Source: an uncultured Thermoleophilaceae bacterium (GTDB taxonomy: Bacteria; Actinomycetota; Thermoleophilia; Solirubrobacterales; Thermoleophilaceae). From it: DNA of 64,000 bases. The notes under the pieces are model-generated. The model worked only from the letters and a program-made list of their open reading frames with translations. It made no database searches and had not been told where the DNA came from. A program made the translations under genes and the position numbers. This document shows, one piece after another, positions 1 to 8,477 of the stretch (the first letter of the stretch is position 1; every line of letters begins with the position of its first letter). The stretch lies in NCBI GenBank assembly GCA_963774755.1, contig CAVZGG010000011.1, positions 52,970-116,969 of the forward strand, in the 5' to 3' direction.

Positions 1-366
1 ATCGAGCACTACTACAAGGCCCTGGTGCGCCCGTTCTTCAGCGACCGCGACTGGAAGCGGCTGCCGAAGTCGGGCCGCCAGAGCATCTCGGACTCCGCGC
101 TTCAGATCATCTGGGAGGACGTGTCCGACGCGATCAAGGCCGGCACGTTCGAGGGGCGCAGCGACAGACACCTCTCGCACAGCCCCTTGACCCTCGACAG
201 CGAGGGCTGGCGCGAGCTCGCCAAGGTGCTGGAGGGGGCGCTTGCCGAGGCCGAGAAGATCGAGTCGCGGAGCGCCGCGCGCCTGAAGAAGAGCGGTGAG
301 GCCGGGATCTCCACCCGGCTGGTGGCCATGCAGTTCGAGTCGCCGTCCGATGCTCAGCAGTCTTAG
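1..366 (+). CDS. hypothetical protein, C-terminal part; the window cuts off the 5' end
   Basis: Open frame from nt 1 (IEHYYKALVRPFFSDRDW...) to TAG at 364-366. No family recognised. Confidence 0.45.
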   Translation: MEHYYKALVRPFFSDRDWKRLPKSGRQSISDSALQIIWEDVSDAIKAGTFEGRSDRHLSHSPLTLDSEGWRELAKVLEGALAEAEKIESRSAARLKKSGEAGISTRLVAMQFESPSDAQQS

Positions 367-442
367 AGCAAAACGCTCCGCTGACTGGTACAACTCATGA
401 ATCTTTCCCAGTGAGGGACTTCGTGCTAGGCCAGGACGGCGG

Positions 443-1069
443 GTGCGCGTCCTGGCTGCGGACGGCCAGCCGCTCTACAGGGACGCGGTGGCGCGCGCGA
501 TCCGCGAGCGCCCGGAGCTGGAGCTGGTTGGCCAGGTGGGCGACGGCCGCGAGGCGCTCGAGGCGATAGGCACCGCGCAGCCCGATGTGGCCGTGATCGG
601 CAGGGCGCTCGCGGGCCTCTCGGGCAAGCAGGTCCTGAACGCGGTGGCTCGAGACGGTCTCCGCACGCGAGTCGTCCTGATCGCGGCGAAGCCCGAGCCG
701 GGCGAGGTCTACGCGGCGCTCGCCGAGGGGGCGGCGGGCTACCTGACAAAGGACGCCGATGCGCGCGAGCTGTGCGACGCGATCACCGCCGTGGCGCGCG
801 GGAAGACGGTGCTCGCGCCAGAGCTCCAGGCAGGCGTGGCGGGCGAGATCAGGCTGCGTGCCCCGCACGACCGGCCCGTGATGAGCGAGCGCGAGCGCGA
901 GACTCTGACGCTGATCGCCGAGGGCCTCAGCGCGCCTCAGATCGGCAGGACGCTCCACCTCAGCACCGCGACGGTGAAGACGCACCTGCAGCACATCTAC
1001 GGGAAGCTCGGCGTGTCGGAGCGAGCGGCGGCGGTGGCGGAGGCCATGCGCAGGGGTCTGCTGGAATGA
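443..1069 (+). CDS. LuxR/NarL-family response regulator with an atypical receiver domain (phospho-acceptor Asp missing)
   Basis: GTG start. The C-terminal LuxR helix-turn-helix is present (ERERETLTLIAEGLSAPQIGRTLHLSTATVKTHLQHIYGKLGV). The N-terminal CheY-like fold reads PDVAVIGRALAG where canonical receivers have PDVVLMDLRMPG, and the acidic DD pair reads AD. Confidence 0.85.
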   Translation: MRVLAADGQPLYRDAVARAIRERPELELVGQVGDGREALEAIGTAQPDVAVIGRALAGLSGKQVLNAVARDGLRTRVVLIAAKPEPGEVYAALAEGAAGYLTKDADARELCDAITAVARGKTVLAPELQAGVAGEIRLRAPHDRPVMSERERETLTLIAEGLSAPQIGRTLHLSTATVKTHLQHIYGKLGVSERAAAVAEAMRRGLLE

Positions 1070-1073
1070 GCGG

Positions 1074-2539
1074 ATGGCCGAGCTCGACCGTCGCCAGTTC
1101 CTCGTAGGCACAGCCGGCGGCGCGATCCTCCTGCGGCTCCCGCCCGAGGCGTCCGGCGTCTCGAAGCGGGCGCTGCGCGAGCTGAGGTCGGCGGTCAGGG
1201 GAAGGGTGCTCGTCCCGCGCGACAGCACCCGGATCGTCTACAACCGCCGCTTCGAGGGCCTGCGGCCCGATGCGGTGGTCCACGTGGAGAACACGGCCGA
1301 CGTGGCGGCGGCGGTCCGCTGGGCGGACCGCTTCGACGTGCGCGTGGTGGCCCGCTCCGGCGGCCACAGCTACGCGGGCTACTCGAGCACGGGCGACGGC
1401 GTGGTGCTCGACCTCTCAAAGCTGCGGGGGGTGCGGGTGGCGGGCGGCCGCGCCACGGTCGGTCCGGGCGCGCAGCTGATCGACGTGCAGCGCGCGCTGA
1501 CCAGGCGGGGCGTCACCGTCCCGTCAGGCTCGTGCCCGTCGGTGGGCATCGGCGGCCTCGCGCTGGGCGGCGGGCACGGGCTCGCTGGGCGCCGCTTCGG
1601 CCTCACGAGCGACAACCTGCTCGCGGCGCGCATCGTGACCGCGGATGGGCGCGTGCGGCACGCAGACGCGGACACGAACGAGGATCTCTTCTGGGCGTGC
1701 CGAGGCGGGGGCGGCGGCAACTTCGGGATCGTGACCGCGCTGACCCTGAAGACACACCGAGCGCCCGGCGGGGCGTGGTTCAGCGTCTCGTGGCCGTGGT
1801 CCCAGGCTGAGGAGGCGCTCGGCGGCATGGCAGCGCTTCGCGCCGGAGGCGCCGCCAGCGCTCACCTCGATCTTCTCGCTCGGCACGACCGGCGGCTCCG
1901 GCCCCCCGCGCGTGGCCGCGGTGGGGCAGTACTTCGGCGACCTCGCGAAGCTGCGCCGGCTCGTAACGCCGCTGACCCGCGTCGCGGGAGCCAGCCTCAG
2001 CAGCGGCAGCTCGAGCTACTTCTCGCTCGTGCTGCGCTGGGCCGGCTGCCTCGACGGCGGCCTCGCGGCCTGCCACAGGTCCACCCGCTCGAGCTTCTTC
2101 GCGAAGTCGGACTACTTCGACATGCGGCTCGGGCCGCGGGGCCGGGCGACCATGATCGACTGGATCGAGCGCCGCCAGCGCAACCCCTCGCTCGGCTCCG
2201 GCGCGTTGCTCCTGGACGCCTACGGAGGGGCGCTCAACCGGCCCGCCGCCGATGCAACGGCGTTCGTGCACCGCGACATGCTCTTCTCGCTCCAGTACCT
2301 CGCCTACTTCAACGGCGGCGCGGCGGGCAGGGCGAGCAGGCGCTGGATCAACGGCGTGTGGCGCGCGCTGCGACCGCACGTGTCCGGGCGAGGCCTACCA
2401 GAACTACATCGACCCGCAGCTCGAGCACTGGCAGCGGGCGTACTACGGATCCAACCTCGAGCGCCTGCGCGAGATCAAGAAGCAGGTGGACCCCGACTTC
2501 CGCTTTCGCTTCCCCCAGGCGATCCCGCCCGCGCGCTGA
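1074..2539 (+). pseudogene. FAD-linked oxidase of the berberine-bridge-enzyme-like family with a TAT signal; split over three frames by two 1-nt indels
   Basis: RRQFLVGTAGG twin-arginine signal. FAD-binding segment GGHSYAG...CPSVGIGGLALGGGHG. BBE C-terminal signature YQNYIDPQLEHWQRAYYGSNLERLREIKKQVDPDFRFRFPQAI. The frame changes near 1825 (ggcggcatgg) and near 2392 (gggcgag). These are either assembly indels or a true pseudogene. Confidence 0.6.
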
Positions 2540-3792
2540 TGGATCGCGACTCGCTGAGGGGGCTGCGCGCTCAGCCCGGCTACCTGAAGTTCCTGTCCGC
2601 CGCCACGCTGGCGCGGGTCTCGGACGAGATGTTCTCGGTGGGCGTGGTGCTGCTCGTGCTGGACCGCACCGACAGCGCCGGGCTGGCGGGCGCCACCGTC
2701 GCGGCGATCACGCTGCCGAGCCTGATCAGCGGCCCGCTGCTCGGCGCGTGGCTCGACCTCACCGGGCGTCGCAGGACATTGATGGTGATCGACCAACTGG
2801 TGATGGCCACCGTGCTCGTGGCGCTCGTGGTGCTCGTCGGCCACGCGCCGGCCTGGCTGATCCCGCTCGTGGTGGTGCCCGCCGGCATCACCTACCCGCT
2901 CTCGTTCGGCGGCTTCACCAGCATGATTCCAACCCTGGTGCCGGGCGAGCTGCTGCCGCCGGCGAACGCGGTGGAGACCACGAGCTTCAACACCGCGCTC
3001 GTGGTTGGCCCGGCGCTGGCGGGCACGCTGTCCGCGGTGGCCGGCCCGGCGGCGCCGCTGCTCGTCGAGGCCGGGCTTGCCCTCGCGGCGCTGGCGCTGA
3101 TCGTGCGCATCCCGGGGCTCGACGCGCCGCCAGAGCACGCGGACGAGCGCACGCTCTGGAGCATCGCCGTGGACGGGCTGCGCCAGATCGTGCTCGTGCC
3201 GCCGCTGCGGGGCGTCACGGCCGCCGCGGCGTTCGGAATGTGCGGCCTCGGCCTGCTCACCGTCGCCTTCCCCCTGTTCGCGGTCGAGCACCTCGACGTG
3301 GACCGGAGCACGGCCGGCTACATGTGGGCCGCCTTCGCGGTCGGCTCCGCGCTCGGGGCACTGACCCTCGTGCGCATCCAGCGGCGCTTCCCGGCCGAGC
3401 GGATCGTTTTCGGCGGGTACGCGATTTTCGGCGTCCTGATGTTCACCTGGCCGCTCGCCGGCTCGCTGCCGTTGTTCCTCGTCCTGGTGTCGCTGGCAGC
3501 GCTGGCGGACGGGCCCGCGCTCGCTGCCCAGTTCGCGGTGCGCCAGCAGCACGTGCCGCCCTCGCTCTACGGGCAGGTATTCACGAGCGCGGTCGGGGTG
3601 AAGGTCGGATCGTTCGCGCTCGGCGCCGCGCTCGCGGGCGCCGTGGTCACCGGCCTCGGCTCAGCGGAGGCGCTCGTGATGGCGGCCTCGCTTCAGATCA
3701 CGGCGGCCGTGGTGGGTGTGACGCTCACGCGTCTTCCTGGTCGTCCGGCCGAAGATGCAGCTGCTCGCCGGAGCGCGGCTCGTAGGGCTTGA
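2539..3792 (+). CDS. MFS transporter
   Basis: ATG overlaps the oxidase stop (ctgATGg). About 12 predicted hydrophobic helices (MDRDSLRGL...LLVLDRTDSAGLAGA...). Typical MFS layout. Confidence 0.8.
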   Translation: MDRDSLRGLRAQPGYLKFLSAATLARVSDEMFSVGVVLLVLDRTDSAGLAGATVAAITLPSLISGPLLGAWLDLTGRRRTLMVIDQLVMATVLVALVVLVGHAPAWLIPLVVVPAGITYPLSFGGFTSMIPTLVPGELLPPANAVETTSFNTALVVGPALAGTLSAVAGPAAPLLVEAGLALAALALIVRIPGLDAPPEHADERTLWSIAVDGLRQIVLVPPLRGVTAAAAFGMCGLGLLTVAFPLFAVEHLDVDRSTAGYMWAAFAVGSALGALTLVRIQRRFPAERIVFGGYAIFGVLMFTWPLAGSLPLFLVLVSLAALADGPALAAQFAVRQQHVPPSLYGQVFTSAVGVKVGSFALGAALAGAVVTGLGSAEALVMAASLQITAAVVGVTLTRLPGRPAEDAAARRSAARRA

Positions 3793-4264
3793 ACTCGGGC
3801 GGGGGGAGCGGCTCGGTGGTGGCCTCGGCGGCCGCGCCCGGGCGGCGTGGCGGGCGCCGCGTGCGGATCGGCGGGGTTTCGTGCTCGGGAGGCAGGTCGT
3901 CGGCCGGGCGCTTGGCGCGCTCGCGTGCGCCCGCGAGGAACAGGATCGCGGCGCACGCCAGGGCGAGCAGGTTCTGGCCGAGCGGCCGGTCGAACAGGCG
4001 CGCCACGATCAGCGCGCCCGCCCAGATCCCCGCCGCCGCTATCGCCGTCCCGTCGCCGAAGGGCAGGTGGAAGCGCTTGCCCTCGGCGCGCGCGAACAGC
4101 AGCGCGAGCACACCACCCGCCAGCAGCACCTCGCCGGCCTCCACGAACGAGAAGGGGCCGAAGGTGCTCACGATCAGCAGCACCGCAGCCGCGGCCGCCA
4201 GGCGCTGCTCGGTGTTGAGCAGCCGAGCGTCCCGGAAGATGCGGGCCGCGAACTCAGCCATCAT
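3725..4264 (-). CDS. hypothetical membrane protein
   Basis: Several hydrophobic helices ([17 protein letters not shown]..., [13 protein letters not shown]). Its 3' end overlaps the MFS gene convergently by about 67 nt. No family recognised. Confidence 0.4.
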   Translation of the reverse strand: MMAEFAARIFRDARLLNTEQRLAAAAAVLLIVSTFGPFSFVEAGEVLLAGGVLALLFARAEGKRFHLPFGDGTAIAAAGIWAGALIVARLFDRPLGQNLLALACAAILFLAGARERAKRPADDLPPEHETPPIRTRRPPRRPGAAAEATTEPLPPPEFKPYEPRSGEQLHLRPDDQEDA

Positions 4265-4643
4265 CGAGCGGCCTGCGGCCGCCGAACCCGGCTTCGGGCT
4301 CGTGCCAGAACTCGATGGCGTCCTCGCCCTCCTGCCAGCAGAGGTAGACCTCGCGGCCGTCCCGGAGCGACGGGAAGTCGAGGAGCGCGCGGTCGAGGTC
4401 GCGCAGAACCACCTCCAGCTCGCGCAGCTCGATCATCGAGTCGCGCAGCTCGAGGAAGCCCTGGGAAACCGTGCGTCCAGGGGTGCCGCCGCCGTTGGTC
4501 GGCCCCGCTTCGGTGAGGGCATCGCGGGCCGCGCGGTCTCCGAGCTGGTTGCGGGCCACCCGCATGCGCTCGATGATCTCGATCACCCTCGGGAGCAGCT
4601 CGGAGGCCTCCTCGAGTGTGTAATGGCGGGCGTGGATCACGCC
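4254..4643 (-). CDS. DUF2203-family protein
   Basis: GTG start. [33 protein letters not shown] fits the DUF2203 N-terminal pattern. Overlaps the upstream EVE gene by 7 nt. Confidence 0.5.
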   Translation of the reverse strand, partial: GVIHARHYTLEEASELLPRVIEIIERMRVARNQLGDRAARDALTEAGPTNGGGTPGRTVSQGFLELRDSMIELRELEVVLRDLDRALLDFPSLRDGREVYLCWQEGEDAIEFWHEPEAGFGGRRPLDDG

Positions 4644-5092
4644 GCGGCGCGGGCGCCCTCGCGGATACGGCGCTCGAGCAGCTTGGCGTCGGCGTCGGAG
4701 ACGGTCCTGAGCTGGCCTTGGAACGCCAGCTGCCAGTGCTCCGCCGGCCATTTCCCGATGTGCTCCAGCTGCCCGACGAACTCGACGGCCGGCACGAAGT
4801 CGTCCTCCTCCAGCACGATCTCGGGCGCGGTTTCGAAGCGCCACGGGTAGGGGTCCACCTTGCCGGGCTTCCCCGGCCAGATCTTCTCGCGGTCCTCGTA
4901 CATCTCGCCGGTCACCCGGACGATGCCGCCGAACGCCTGGAGGCCCGTGACGTAGAACACGATGCGGTCGCCAGGGGCGATCTGCTCGGCCATCCCACGC
5001 CGGCCCTCCTTGGCGCCGATCACTCGAAAGCCGTGCCCGCGGGTGGCGCGGAAGTTGTCGAGCGAGCCGGTAAGCACCCAGGTCTTGGCCAC
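4637..5092 (-). CDS. EVE (PUA-like) domain protein
   Basis: [14 protein letters not shown]...[27 protein letters not shown] matches the EVE/PUA-like fold pattern. About 151 aa. Confidence 0.55.
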   Translation of the reverse strand: MAKTWVLTGSLDNFRATRGHGFRVIGAKEGRRGMAEQIAPGDRIVFYVTGLQAFGGIVRVTGEMYEDREKIWPGKPGKVDPYPWRFETAPEIVLEEDDFVPAVEFVGQLEHIGKWPAEHWQLAFQGQLRTVSDADAKLLERRIREGARAAA

Positions 5093-5126
5093 GCGCCAAG
5101 CCTACTTTGTACGCTGTCCCGCACTC

Positions 5127-5345
5127 ATGGCCGACGAAGAGCTGCACCTCATCGGGCCGGACGAGATCGCCTACCGGCTCGAGCTCACTCCCGCCCAGCT
5201 GAAGATCACCCACACCGCGCTGAAGTCGTTCCTCGACGACTTCGGGCACGACGAGCGCGACGTCCACGACATCGTGCGCGAGGTGCTGGGCAAGCTGCCT
5301 GACGAACACGCGATCCGCTCGATCGACATCACCAGGGGCCGGTAG
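5127..5345 (+). CDS. small hypothetical protein (72 aa)
   Basis: ATG at 5127 ([57 protein letters not shown]...). Lies just upstream of the sulfatase-like gene. Confidence 0.4.
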   Translation: MADEELHLIGPDEIAYRLELTPAQLKITHTALKSFLDDFGHDERDVHDIVREVLGKLPDEHAIRSIDITRGR

Positions 5346-5352
5346 CCCGAGC

Positions 5353-6837
5353 GTGCCGCCCGACGTCTCCAGACGCGAGCTCCTTCGCGCGGGGGGAGCT
5401 GGCGCGGCCGGCCTGACCCTGCTCGGGGCGCACGGAGTGGGGGCGCAGACGCCCGCCCGCATGAACGTGGTGGTCGTGGTGATGGACAGCCTGCGGGCGG
5501 ACCACATCTACGGCAGTCGCGCACGCACGGCGAGCTGGGACAGGGTCGGGCGCCAGGGCGTGCGCTTCCTGAACGCCTATCCGGAGGGCATGCCGACCAT
5601 CCCCGCGCGGCGGGCGATCATGTCCGGGAAGCGGACCTTCCCATTCCGGGGCTGGCGGCCGAACTGGCGCGACCTCCCGCCACAGCCGGGCTGGGAGCCG
5701 GTGGGGAGCGACGGCGAGATGTGGACGGGCACGCTGCGAAAGGAGGGCTGGACGACCGGCTACGTGACCGACAACCCGCACCTCCTGCTTCCGGTCCACA
5801 GGCGCTTCCGGGCCAGGTTCGACCGTGTCGAGCTGGTGCGGGGGCAGGTGCCGGTGCAGCGTCGGCCGCGCGGCCTGCCGTCGCGGCGCGTGCTCGACCA
5901 TTACGTCCCGAAGGCGCTTCGGGGCACCACCCACGAGCGCCGGATGGCGAACTACCTCGCGATGAACCCGCCCGGGCGCGACGAGGAGGACTACAACGCG
6001 GCAAAGGTGTTCCGCAAGGCGATGGGCTGGATCGAGTGGGCCCGCACCCGCCCGGCGCCCTTCGCGCTCGTGGTCGACTCCTTCGACGCCCACGAGCCCT
6101 GGGACGCGCCGCGGCGGCTGATCAACATGTACGGCGCGGCGAGCGTCGGCGGCGGTCTGGAGCCGATCCAGCCCTACGAAACGCCCGCCGCTCGCACCGG
6201 GGACATCGACCTCTCCCGGCGCATGCTGCGCCGCGTGCGCCAGCTGTACGCCGCCGAGGTCACGCTCGTGGACGTGTGGCTCGGGCGCTTCCTCGACCGC
6301 CTCGAGAACCTGGGGCTCGCCGACAACACGCTCGTGGTGCTGGTGAGCGACCACGGCGTGCTGCTGGGTGAGCACGGCTGGGTGGGCAAGCGCTACTCGG
6401 AGATGCACCAGGAGCTGACCCACGTGCCGATGGTGATGCGTCACCCCGCCGGGAAGGCGAAGGGCAGGACCACGGGCTACTACGCCTCCACGCACGACAT
6501 CGGCCCGACCGTGCTCTCCATGCTCGGCGTCGACGAGCCACGCGGCATGAACGGCGCGGACCTCTCACCGCTCTTCAATGGCCGGCAGCCGCGCAGGAAG
6601 CGCGGCTACAGGACGTCCTCCTACAACACCTATGTGAGCGCGGGCGACGACCGCTGGCTCCTGATCGCCGGCAACCGCCGCGAGGAGCTGCGCCTGTACG
6701 ACCGCCGCCACGACCGCGGGGAGTTCAGGAACGTCGCGCACCGCCACCCGAAGCAGGTGCGCCGCCTCTGGAACCTGATCCTCCACGACGCCGGCGGCCA
6801 CCTGCCGCACTTCCCGGAGGGCGGCCGGGAGGGGTAA
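5353..6837 (+). CDS. sulfatase-like hydrolase (alkaline phosphatase superfamily) with a TAT signal and a non-canonical active-site motif
   Basis: [20 protein letters not shown] twin-arginine signal. [10 protein letters not shown] metal-binding start. [14 protein letters not shown] core. Where FGly sulfatases carry C/S-x-P-x-R this protein reads [14 protein letters not shown], with Thr at the nucleophile position. Confidence 0.8.
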   Translation: MPPDVSRRELLRAGGAGAAGLTLLGAHGVGAQTPARMNVVVVVMDSLRADHIYGSRARTASWDRVGRQGVRFLNAYPEGMPTIPARRAIMSGKRTFPFRGWRPNWRDLPPQPGWEPVGSDGEMWTGTLRKEGWTTGYVTDNPHLLLPVHRRFRARFDRVELVRGQVPVQRRPRGLPSRRVLDHYVPKALRGTTHERRMANYLAMNPPGRDEEDYNAAKVFRKAMGWIEWARTRPAPFALVVDSFDAHEPWDAPRRLINMYGAASVGGGLEPIQPYETPAARTGDIDLSRRMLRRVRQLYAAEVTLVDVWLGRFLDRLENLGLADNTLVVLVSDHGVLLGEHGWVGKRYSEMHQELTHVPMVMRHPAGKAKGRTTGYYASTHDIGPTVLSMLGVDEPRGMNGADLSPLFNGRQPRRKRGYRTSSYNTYVSAGDDRWLLIAGNRREELRLYDRRHDRGEFRNVAHRHPKQVRRLWNLILHDAGGHLPHFPEGGREG

Positions 6838-6866
6838 CTACTGCATTGAAGGGGCCGGATCCCCCA

Positions 6867-6911
6867 GGTGGCAAGAAAACGGTGCGAAAAACGCAACGTT
6901 TGGCTGCCACC
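6867..6911. terminator. hairpin between convergent genes; candidate bidirectional terminator
   Basis: ggtggca...aaacg-caa-cgttt...tgccacc: a nested stem in a locally AT-richer intergenic stretch between the sulfatase-like gene (+) and the small gene (-). Confidence 0.4.
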
Positions 6912-6940
6912 TGACGGCGCGTCTCCATTCGTTGCTGCAG

Positions 6941-7303
6941 TCAATCGATCGGGATGTCCTCACGCGCGGCTCTGTGGCTCGCGGCCCGGCGGCCAGGTGA
7001 GAGGTGAACGTTGCTCATAGCGACACGTTCCCTCACCTGGGATGCCCCCTTCACTGCTGCTATTGCACAGTCGATCGGGATGTCCTCGACCTTGGGCTCG
7101 TGCGGCTCGCGGTCCAGGCGCTCCAGGTACCAGTCGATCAGCGAGCGCAGTGTCAGCAGGAACTCGCGGATCAGGTTCGTGACCTGGCCCTCCAGCTCGC
7201 GCGGCGCCATTCGGCGCATCCCGTCGAGCATCACGAACAGCGCGGCGGGGTCCGGGGGGCGGGGCTCCCCGTTCGGGCGCGGCACCTCGTCAGTCGGATC
7301 CAT
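6941..7303 (-). CDS. hypothetical protein downstream of the ArsA-like ATPase; the C-terminal tail contains a short duplication
   Basis: Overlaps the ArsA stop by 14 nt. The C-terminal peptide EDIPID is encoded twice because of a 17-nt direct repeat. Confidence 0.45.
   Translation of the reverse strand: MDPTDEVPRPNGEPRPPDPAALFVMLDGMRRMAPRELEGQVTNLIREFLLTLRSLIDWYLERLDREPHEPKVEDIPIDCAIAAVKGASQVRERVAMSNVHLSPGRRAASHRAAREDIPID
6945..7086. repeat. 17-nt perfect direct repeat (tcgatcgggatgtcctc) at 6945-6961 and 7070-7086
   Basis: Seen directly in the sequence. Both copies are translated as EDIPID on the minus strand. Spacing is 125 bp. Confidence 0.7.
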
Positions 7304-8456
7304 CAGCGCTCTTCTCGAACACGATCTCCAGCGCGCCGTCCTCGAAGCGGGCGCCCGACGCAGCGTACGCGGACAGTGCCGGCGGCAGCATGATCGTGCG
7401 CTTCTGGCCGCCCACCCGCACGATCACCTCGAGGCCGATCTTCTTCAGGCTCAAATCGCCACGCTCGGCGAATGGAACAGCCACCCGCAGCGTCGCGCTG
7501 CCGTTGTTCGTAACGAGCTCCTGTGAGAGCTGGTCGTAGAGGATCGCGGCCGGATCCTCGTTCTCGAAGATCGCGCCCGCCAGGCGGTCGAGCATCTCGC
7601 CGCCCACGACCTCGCGCTCGAAGTAGTCCGCGGTGAGCACCGGAACCGGCGCGAAGGCTGACCGCACCAGCTCGAGCTGCTCCTCCTGGGACTCGCGCCA
7701 CGCAGCGAAGTAGCCCTCGCGCGGCAGCAGCCGGTTCACGACCACGGCGTCCGTGAGATACCCGTAGAGGTTCAGGTAGGTGAAGGTCCGCATCGACTCC
7801 TTCACCACCATCCGGTCCGGGCTCGTCACCAGCCTGATCGTCGTGCGTGAGCGGTCCCGCAGGATGCCGTTCATCGCGACGAGGTTGCGGGCCAGGCGCT
7901 CGACGTCGTCGAACACGGCAGCGCCCGGGAGCGGAATGTCGAAGAGGGTCCGGGCGAAGGGCGCCAGCTTGCGCTGCGAGGGCAGGATCCGCTCGAGCCA
8001 CCACGTCACGACGTCGGGGAAGGACAGGAGGCGCAGCGTCTCACCGGTCGGTGCGCAGTCCACGATCACGCAGTCGAACTCGCCCTCCTCGTGGTGGCGC
8101 TTGATCCAGAGCAGGGAGAAGAGCTCGTCCATGCCGGGCGGGACGGTCAGCTCCTCGGCCGAGATGCGGTCGATGCCGCGCTCGGCGAGCAGGTCGCCGA
8201 GCCAGCCCTGCACGCCGTCCCAGTGGCGCTCCATCTCCTCCTGGGCCTGCACCTCTTGGCCGAACAGGTTCGCGCCGACCTGGGTCGGCTCGGCCCCAAG
8301 CGGGGCCTCGAGCGAATCGGAAAGGCTGTGGGCCGGGTCCGTGGAGAGGATCACGGTGCGCAGTCCCGCCGCGGCGCAGCTGCGCGCTGTCGCGGCGGCC
8401 ACGCTCGTCTTGCCGACTCCGCCCTTCCCTGTGTAGAGGATGGTGCGGGGCGCCAT
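7290..8456 (-). CDS. ArsA/Get3-family anion-transporting ATPase with a C-terminal HSP20-like domain
   Basis: P-loop ILYTGKGGVGKTSVAAATA. DTAPTGH-like switch region (VDCAPTGETLRLL). C-terminal beta-sandwich segment LRVAVPFAERGDLSLKKIGLEVIVRVGGQKRTIMLP. Confidence 0.85.
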   Translation of the reverse strand: MAPRTILYTGKGGVGKTSVAAATARSCAAAGLRTVILSTDPAHSLSDSLEAPLGAEPTQVGANLFGQEVQAQEEMERHWDGVQGWLGDLLAERGIDRISAEELTVPPGMDELFSLLWIKRHHEEGEFDCVIVDCAPTGETLRLLSFPDVVTWWLERILPSQRKLAPFARTLFDIPLPGAAVFDDVERLARNLVAMNGILRDRSRTTIRLVTSPDRMVVKESMRTFTYLNLYGYLTDAVVVNRLLPREGYFAAWRESQEEQLELVRSAFAPVPVLTADYFEREVVGGEMLDRLAGAIFENEDPAAILYDQLSQELVTNNGSATLRVAVPFAERGDLSLKKIGLEVIVRVGGQKRTIMLPPALSAYAASGARFEDGALEIVFEKSADGSD

Positions 8457-8477
8457 GGGCGCCGCACTCTAGTCAGG

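Noticed and set aside
395-1228. Long ORFs on the opposite strand or in alternative frames of recognised genes. Examples: 395-1228 (-), 1780-2379 (-), 2443-3552 (-), 8091-9788 (+), 20332-21345 (-), 23085-24059 (-), 29679-31460 (+), 52086-53774 (-), 34007-37684 (+, a giant frame), and the 5' extensions of the ORFs at 38198, 42510 and 57147.
   Set aside because: In DNA at about 70% GC, stop codons are rare in every frame. These ORFs are Arg/Ala/Pro/Gly-rich, low-complexity translations with no family resemblance. They overlap genes that have clear homology.
5353-6837. Annotating the two alkaline-phosphatase-superfamily genes as true formylglycine-dependent sulfatases.
   Set aside because: The C/S-x-P-x-R nucleophile motif is replaced by T-I-P-A-R in one and T-V-A-V-R in the other. 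I call them sulfatase-like hydrolases only.
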